19,786 nt of DNA from a virus (lineage: Duplodnaviria > Heunggongvirae > Uroviricota > Caudoviricetes): the IMG/VR virus record IMGVR_UViG_2721755712_000006. One strand, written 5' to 3'. The notes below the pieces were generated by a model. It saw only the letters and a list, made by a program, of their open reading frames with translations. It ran no database searches and was not told the origin of the DNA. Positions 15,063 through 19,786 of the stretch are shown here, piece after piece. Position numbers and translations under genes: made by a program. Each line of letters opens with the position of its first letter. Position 1 is the stretch's first letter.

Positions 15063-15888
15063 GGACCGCCTCCAGACGCTTAGCGAGCCAGCGTTGCGAC
15101 AGGCGGGTGAGTTCTCCTTTGCGCTGCTCATATTCCATGCCCATATCAATTAACGTGATATTGGTGCTTTCGAGATATGAGAGGTGCTCAAGCTGTTCTG
15201 CGTTCATATGGTCGCGAGGTTCGCCAGAATAGCCATTTATCCGCGCCCACTGCTTAGCAGTTAGCCCACCAAGAACGATACGAGAAATCATATTGCTCTC
15301 GTTTGTGTAGTGGTGTTGCTGCGTCGTTTTCCCCATCTCGGCACGGGCCATGTTCAGCGCATCGCACATTGGCTTAAAGTTGTTTGCGGCACTGATACGG
15401 GCTTTTAGCTGGCGACGATAGCGGGCGGCGATTTCAGGCACGCTACGCTGTAATTCTTTCTCGCACTGGATGAAATAACGGCGGATAGCGCGACCCTGAT
15501 CATTGCGTTCGATCATTGCCAGTTCTTTCGCCATTCCGACACTTAACAGATAGTCTTTGCCGGGTCTGCCAGAGTGCTTAATCTTGCTGTAAGCCGCGCC
15601 ATTCGGGCTTTTCCCCAAATTTGGGGAAATTGTTTTATGGACTGAGTAATCGTGCCCAATGGTGAAGTCATATTCAGAGATGCGATCAGTGATCCATGTA
15701 GAGAAGTCTTTTCCCACGCCCAACGCTTTGTGTAACGCTTTTGCGCTAACAATATTGGTTTCACGCCCACCTATATGACCAGGAATAACCGGGACAATTG
15801 CGGCAAATTCATTACCGTTAATTGTGCCCAGAGAGGCGTTCAGATGAGGGGCAGCCTCAGAAATTAATCTGCTTTTTTCGATGTTCAT
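15055..15888 (-). CDS. AntA/AntB-type phage antirepressor-like protein
   Basis: 277 aa; segments SAKALHKALGVGKDFSTWITDRISEYDF and KDYLLSVGMAKELAMIERNDQGRAIRRYFIQCEKEL resemble the AntA domain as I recall it; GGAG SD. Confidence 0.65.
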   Translation of the reverse strand: MNIEKSRLISEAAPHLNASLGTINGNEFAAIVPVIPGHIGGRETNIVSAKALHKALGVGKDFSTWITDRISEYDFTIGHDYSVHKTISPNLGKSPNGAAYSKIKHSGRPGKDYLLSVGMAKELAMIERNDQGRAIRRYFIQCEKELQRSVPEIAARYRRQLKARISAANNFKPMCDALNMARAEMGKTTQQHHYTNESNMISRIVLGGLTAKQWARINGYSGEPRDHMNAEQLEHLSYLESTNITLIDMGMEYEQRKGELTRLSQRWLAKRLEAVHV

Positions 15889-15900
15889 TTTCAGTCTCCG

Positions 15901-16332
15901 TTAGGCGGCGTTAAACGCGTCCGGGTAGAGTTTCAGAATGTCGGCAATTTCCTGCTGAGAAAGTCCGTTGTGATCATTTATGTTCGCAAGATGGTTAATA
16001 TGAGTGATCACTTTCAGAACATCACCACGGCAGGAGAAACGGTAGCGAAGGTGTGTTCCGATACCATCAGGATTCTTTTCGTCGATACGCTCCAGAGTGA
16101 TTCCGAGCTGGCGTTCTAACTCTGTTGCATAGTTACGACCAGAAGACAGACGGCAGTAGCGAAGAATGTCATTTTCTGTCCATCCCTCTATACCAGTACG
16201 CAGCATATAGACTCGGGCACGATGCTTTTTCGGCGTGCGCTTTGGTGCTTGAAGGGATTTTGTCAGGGGCGTAACATCAGATACGCGAATATCTGAATTA
16301 GCCGCCTGTAATGGGCGGTTTTTCTTTTCCAT
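15901..16332 (-). CDS. Hypothetical protein (143 aa), translationally coupled to alpA
   Basis: ATG overlaps the alpA stop (ATGA); basic N-terminus; no family recognised. Confidence 0.5.
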   Translation of the reverse strand: MEKKNRPLQAANSDIRVSDVTPLTKSLQAPKRTPKKHRARVYMLRTGIEGWTENDILRYCRLSSGRNYATELERQLGITLERIDEKNPDGIGTHLRYRFSCRGDVLKVITHINHLANINDHNGLSQQEIADILKLYPDAFNAA

Positions 16333-16535
16333 CAGGCCACCTCGTCTCTAGATTCTAATATACACTTCTCAATCCATTCATCTATTTCAGACTCAACAAA
16401 AGCAATTGCCCGACTTCCAATTTTTACCTGTTTAGGGAACCTCCCCTGACTAATAAGACGATAAATCCATGCTTTGCTATAACCAGTTCGCCTTTGAACT
16501 TCAGAGAGACGAATTAATGAATTGTAATTAGCCAT
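16332..16535 (-). CDS. alpA: AlpA-family phage regulatory / excisionase-like HTH protein
   Basis: 67 aa; LIRLSEVQRRTGYSKAWIYRLISQGRFPKQVKIGSRAIAFVESEIDEWI is a typical AlpA pattern. Confidence 0.85.
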   Translation of the reverse strand: MANYNSLIRLSEVQRRTGYSKAWIYRLISQGRFPKQVKIGSRAIAFVESEIDEWIEKCILESRDEVA

Positions 16536-16962
16536 TTATTAATATCCTGTACTAATGACGCAATAACCCCCTCCTGCAACGAATGGCGAGAGTTTTATTT
16601 GCGTCAAATGTCGAATACGCCAAAGACCACAATATGAAAAACATATTGCGGTCTTTTATAAAAGATAGTCAGATTGTTTTGGTTTGTTTGCTCCACAAGG
16701 GTAGAGCTACCCTGCATTTCGGCAGGATCACGCTATTAGGCGTGACATCCAGTAGTTTTAAAGAACAATTGCGCTTTGTCAGCGCCAAAGCCTGTTAAAG
16801 AACATTCCGCTTTTCAGCAGCGTAGAAGGCTCAATACACCTTCGTTTATAAAAGAGCGATTGCCCTTCTCCAGGGCTAACTGTTAAATAGCAATCCTCTG
16901 TGAGTTTTTATCAATCTACTCCCCTATACTTTAGTAAACCTCTGTATACTTGTCCAGTTGTT

Positions 16963-18177
16963 TCATGCGTGTTTTTCAAACACCATATGCACCACATTTC
17001 CGCCATGCTCGAGAGAATCCATATAGTCGGCATACCATTGAAGCATCTCCCGCCGTCCATCCAGATATTGCGCATGGTTGTATGTGCCACGAATTGAGTT
17101 CTTATCAACGTGAGCGAGCTGCGTTTCTATCCACGCGGTGTTATAGCCCTGCTCATGCAAAATCGTGCTCATAGTGTGTCGGAACCCATGACCAGTTACA
17201 CGTCCAGCGTAGCCAATGCGCTTAAACACTTGGTTTATGCTGGCCTCACTCATTGTTTTCCTTGGATCATTGCGCCCGGGAAACATAAGAGGGTAATTGC
17301 CTGTTATTTCTCTAATCTTCCCAATAAGCGAAAGAGCCTGCTCAGACAATGGCACAATATGAGGCCGCCGCATTTTCATACGTGAAGCGGGTATCTCCCA
17401 TATAGCCTTGTTGAAATCAATTTCATCCCATAATGCGCCACGTAGTTCGCCAGTTCGCAAGCCGGTGATAATCAGTAGGCGAGCCGCCATAACAACCAAT
17501 GCGCTTCCTGAGTAACTGGATAATGCCTTGAAAAAATCAGGTAATTCTTTGGTCGTAAGGAAAGGGTAATGATTAGATTCATGGCCTTGCATCGCGCTAG
17601 TAAGGTCTGGTGCAGGGTTATACTCTGCGCGACCAGTGACTATTGCATAGCGGAAAACTTCCCCGCACCGCTGCCTCACTTTTTTGGCTTTTTCTGTCGC
17701 ACCGCGCCCCTCGATGCGCCGCAGCACATTCAGAAGTTCAAGTGGTTTGATTTCGGCGATTGGTTTTTTGCCAATGTAAGGGAACACATCTTTGTTGAAG
17801 GCTTCGAGGATGTCTGAAGCATAACCAGCAGACCATTTTTTTAATTTGCTGCTGTGCCACTCAAGGGCAATATCTTTGAAGGTGTTGTTTAACTGCGTTT
17901 CCCGGGCAATCTTTTCCTCTCGTTTCGCTTCCATCGGATCGATACCACCAGCGATACCTCTTTTCGCATCTTCACGTTTTGCCCGAGCATCGGCTAGAGT
18001 AACCTCAGGATACACACCTAGTGCCAATAGCTTCTCTTTACCTGCTACACGATATTTAAGTCGCCAGTATTTACCTCCATTAGGTTTTACCAAGAGATAC
18101 AAACCGCCACCATCGGCCAGCTTGTAAGCCTTCTCTTTTGGCTTGGCTGTGTCTATTTGACGGGCATTGAGTTTCAC
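16963..18177 (-). CDS. P4-type tyrosine integrase (site-specific recombinase)
   Basis: 404 aa; N-terminal arm-binding region LYLLVKPNGGKYWRLKYR; C-terminal catalytic region with HGFRHT and final Tyr region; GTG start with GGAGG SD; adjacent to the tRNA. Confidence 0.9.
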   Translation of the reverse strand: MKLNARQIDTAKPKEKAYKLADGGGLYLLVKPNGGKYWRLKYRVAGKEKLLALGVYPEVTLADARAKREDAKRGIAGGIDPMEAKREEKIARETQLNNTFKDIALEWHSSKLKKWSAGYASDILEAFNKDVFPYIGKKPIAEIKPLELLNVLRRIEGRGATEKAKKVRQRCGEVFRYAIVTGRAEYNPAPDLTSAMQGHESNHYPFLTTKELPDFFKALSSYSGSALVVMAARLLIITGLRTGELRGALWDEIDFNKAIWEIPASRMKMRRPHIVPLSEQALSLIGKIREITGNYPLMFPGRNDPRKTMSEASINQVFKRIGYAGRVTGHGFRHTMSTILHEQGYNTAWIETQLAHVDKNSIRGTYNHAQYLDGRREMLQWYADYMDSLEHGGNVVHMVFEKHA

Positions 18178-18208
18178 TTGGGGGTACCTCCACTAAACCG
18201 AACAGCAA

Positions 18209-18326
18209 ATACCCCCATAAGTACCCCCATCTGACCGTAGATTTTGAGGGACTTTAGTAGACGTCAAAAGACGAACGGGGCTTTAATACGTGGATTATAA
18301 GGGGTTTTGAAAGACTTTAGTAGACT
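18209..18326. repeat. att-proximal arm-type repeats (right end)
   Basis: aatacccccataagtacccccat at 18209..18230; two direct copies of GACTTTAGTAGAC at 18250..18262 and 18313..18325. Confidence 0.45.
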
Positions 18327-18342
18327 TGGGGAGATGTTTGAA

Positions 18343-18418
18343 TGGTGCCGATAATAGGAGTCGAACCTACGACCTTCGCATTACGAATGCGCTGCTCTAC
18401 CAACTGAGCTATATCGGC
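18343..18418 (-). tRNA. thrW: tRNA-Thr (anticodon CGU)
   Basis: Reverse complement reads GCCGATATAGCTCAGTTGGTAGAGCAGCGCATTCGTAATGCGAAGGTCGTAGGTTCGACTCCTATTATCGGCACCA: 76 nt with encoded CCA and a GGTTCGA T-loop. Confidence 0.95.
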
Positions 18419-18532
18419 CCTGAAAGGACATGTTCACGAACGTGAATCACGGTGGACAAGGTTAAAACTAACCGGGCGATGCGTCAATGGCCTTGTGAAT
18501 CAAATGGCTACTTTTGCATCACCCGGTTTTAT

Positions 18533-19786
18533 TTACGCACGAATGGTGTAATCACCAATGCCGATCCACTTGTAAGTGGTCAGTGCTTCCAGCCCCATTG
18601 GGCCACGCGCGTGGAGTTTTTGTGTGCTTACCGCCACTTCCGCACCCAGACCAAACTGGCCGCCGTCGGTAAAACGCGTAGAGGCGTTAACGTAAATAGC
18701 GGACGAATCCACTTCGTTAACAAAACGCTGGGCGTTGCGCATATCGCGGGTCAGGATCGCATCGGAGTGTTGTGTGCCGTGTTCACGAATATGGGCGATG
18801 GCATCGTCAAGATCGCTGACGATTTTGACGTTCAAATCTAATGACAGAAACTCATCGTCATACTCTTCGGCTTTAACAGCAACCACCTTCGCAGGGCCTG
18901 CCTGCAACTGCGCCAGTGCAGCTGCATCTGCGTGTAATGTCACGCCGCTTTCCGCCATTTGTTTGCTTAATGCGGGCAGGAAGCTATCGGCGATGTTTTT
19001 ATTCACCAGCAACGTTTCAACCGTATTACATGTGCTCGGACGCTGAGTTTTCGCGTTGACGATCACTTTTAATGCTTCAGCGATCTCTACACTTTCATCA
19101 ACGTAAATATGGCATACGCCTATACCACCTGTGATCACCGGGATTGTCGACTGTTCACGGCACAGTTTATGCAAACCAGCGCCACCACGCGGGATCAGCA
19201 TGTCGATGTATTTATCCATACGCAGCATTTCACTGACCAGCGCACGGTCAGGATTATCAATCGCCTGCACGGCACCCGCCGGTAAGCCGCAGGATTTCAG
19301 GGCGTCCTGAATCACCGCCACCGTTGCAGCGTTAGTGCGACACGTTTCTTTGCCACCGCGCAGGATCACCGCATTACCGGTTTTCAGGCACAGCGAAGCG
19401 ACATCAACCGTCACGTTCGGGCGCGCTTCATAAATCACGCCAATAACCCCCAGCGGTACGCGACGACGCTCAAGACGCAGGCCGCTGTCCAGTACGCCGC
19501 CATCGATTACCTGCCCCACCGGATCGGCGAGGTTGCACACCTGACGTACATCGTCGGCAATGCCTTTCAGCCGTGCGGGCGTCAGTGCCAGACGGTCAAG
19601 CATCGCTTCGCTAAGGCCATTGGCTCGCGCGTCAGCAACATCCTGGGCGTTAGCGTTGAGGATGATTTCGCTTTGTGCTTCCAGTTCATCGGCGATTTTT
19701 TCCAGCACGCGATTTTTTTCGCGGCTGGAGAGTTGCGCTAATTTATACGAGGCTTGCTTCGCGGCAATGCCCATTTGTTCCAGCAT
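18533..19786 (-). CDS. proA: Gamma-glutamyl phosphate reductase
   Basis: 417-aa product [38 protein letters not shown]...GDYTIRA matches E. coli ProA as I recall it; ATG is the last three bases of the window. Confidence 0.95.
   Translation of the reverse strand: MLEQMGIAAKQASYKLAQLSSREKNRVLEKIADELEAQSEIILNANAQDVADARANGLSEAMLDRLALTPARLKGIADDVRQVCNLADPVGQVIDGGVLDSGLRLERRRVPLGVIGVIYEARPNVTVDVASLCLKTGNAVILRGGKETCRTNAATVAVIQDALKSCGLPAGAVQAIDNPDRALVSEMLRMDKYIDMLIPRGGAGLHKLCREQSTIPVITGGIGVCHIYVDESVEIAEALKVIVNAKTQRPSTCNTVETLLVNKNIADSFLPALSKQMAESGVTLHADAAALAQLQAGPAKVVAVKAEEYDDEFLSLDLNVKIVSDLDDAIAHIREHGTQHSDAILTRDMRNAQRFVNEVDSSAIYVNASTRFTDGGQFGLGAEVAVSTQKLHARGPMGLEALTTYKWIGIGDYTIRA

Overview
This window looks like an E. 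coli-type chromosomal locus carrying a ~17.8 kb P4-like / PICI-like integrative satellite element inserted at the 3' end of tRNA-Thr (thrW). The right end holds a complete proA (minus strand, start codon at the last three bases) and thrW; the left end holds a LysR-family regulator C-terminal fragment. The element (about 554..18342) is bounded by the thrW 3' end and an imperfect ~21 bp direct repeat of it at 533..553. Its core is all minus-strand: P4-type tyrosine integrase, AlpA, AntA/AntB-like antirepressor, a chain of overlapping small genes behind a structured leader, and a P4 alpha-like primase-helicase followed by an iteron array. The distal ~8.5 kb is accessory cargo bracketed by two inverted iteron clusters that share a perfect 45-bp segment. 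The cargo holds an orphan 152-aa gene, a translationally coupled three-gene operon (52-aa RHH-like, ~490-aa and 701-aa low-complexity helical proteins), a strongly AT-rich 4-TM membrane protein gene, a complete IS1 with an 8-bp target duplication, an Abi_2 (AbiD/AbiF-like) abortive-infection gene and an RHH DNA-binding gene. I recognised no sid/delta/psu capsid-size genes or structural genes. The best candidate for an undescribed system is the three-gene operon together with the convergent membrane protein; I cannot assign it a function from sequence alone. All family assignments are from reading motifs by eye, with no database search.
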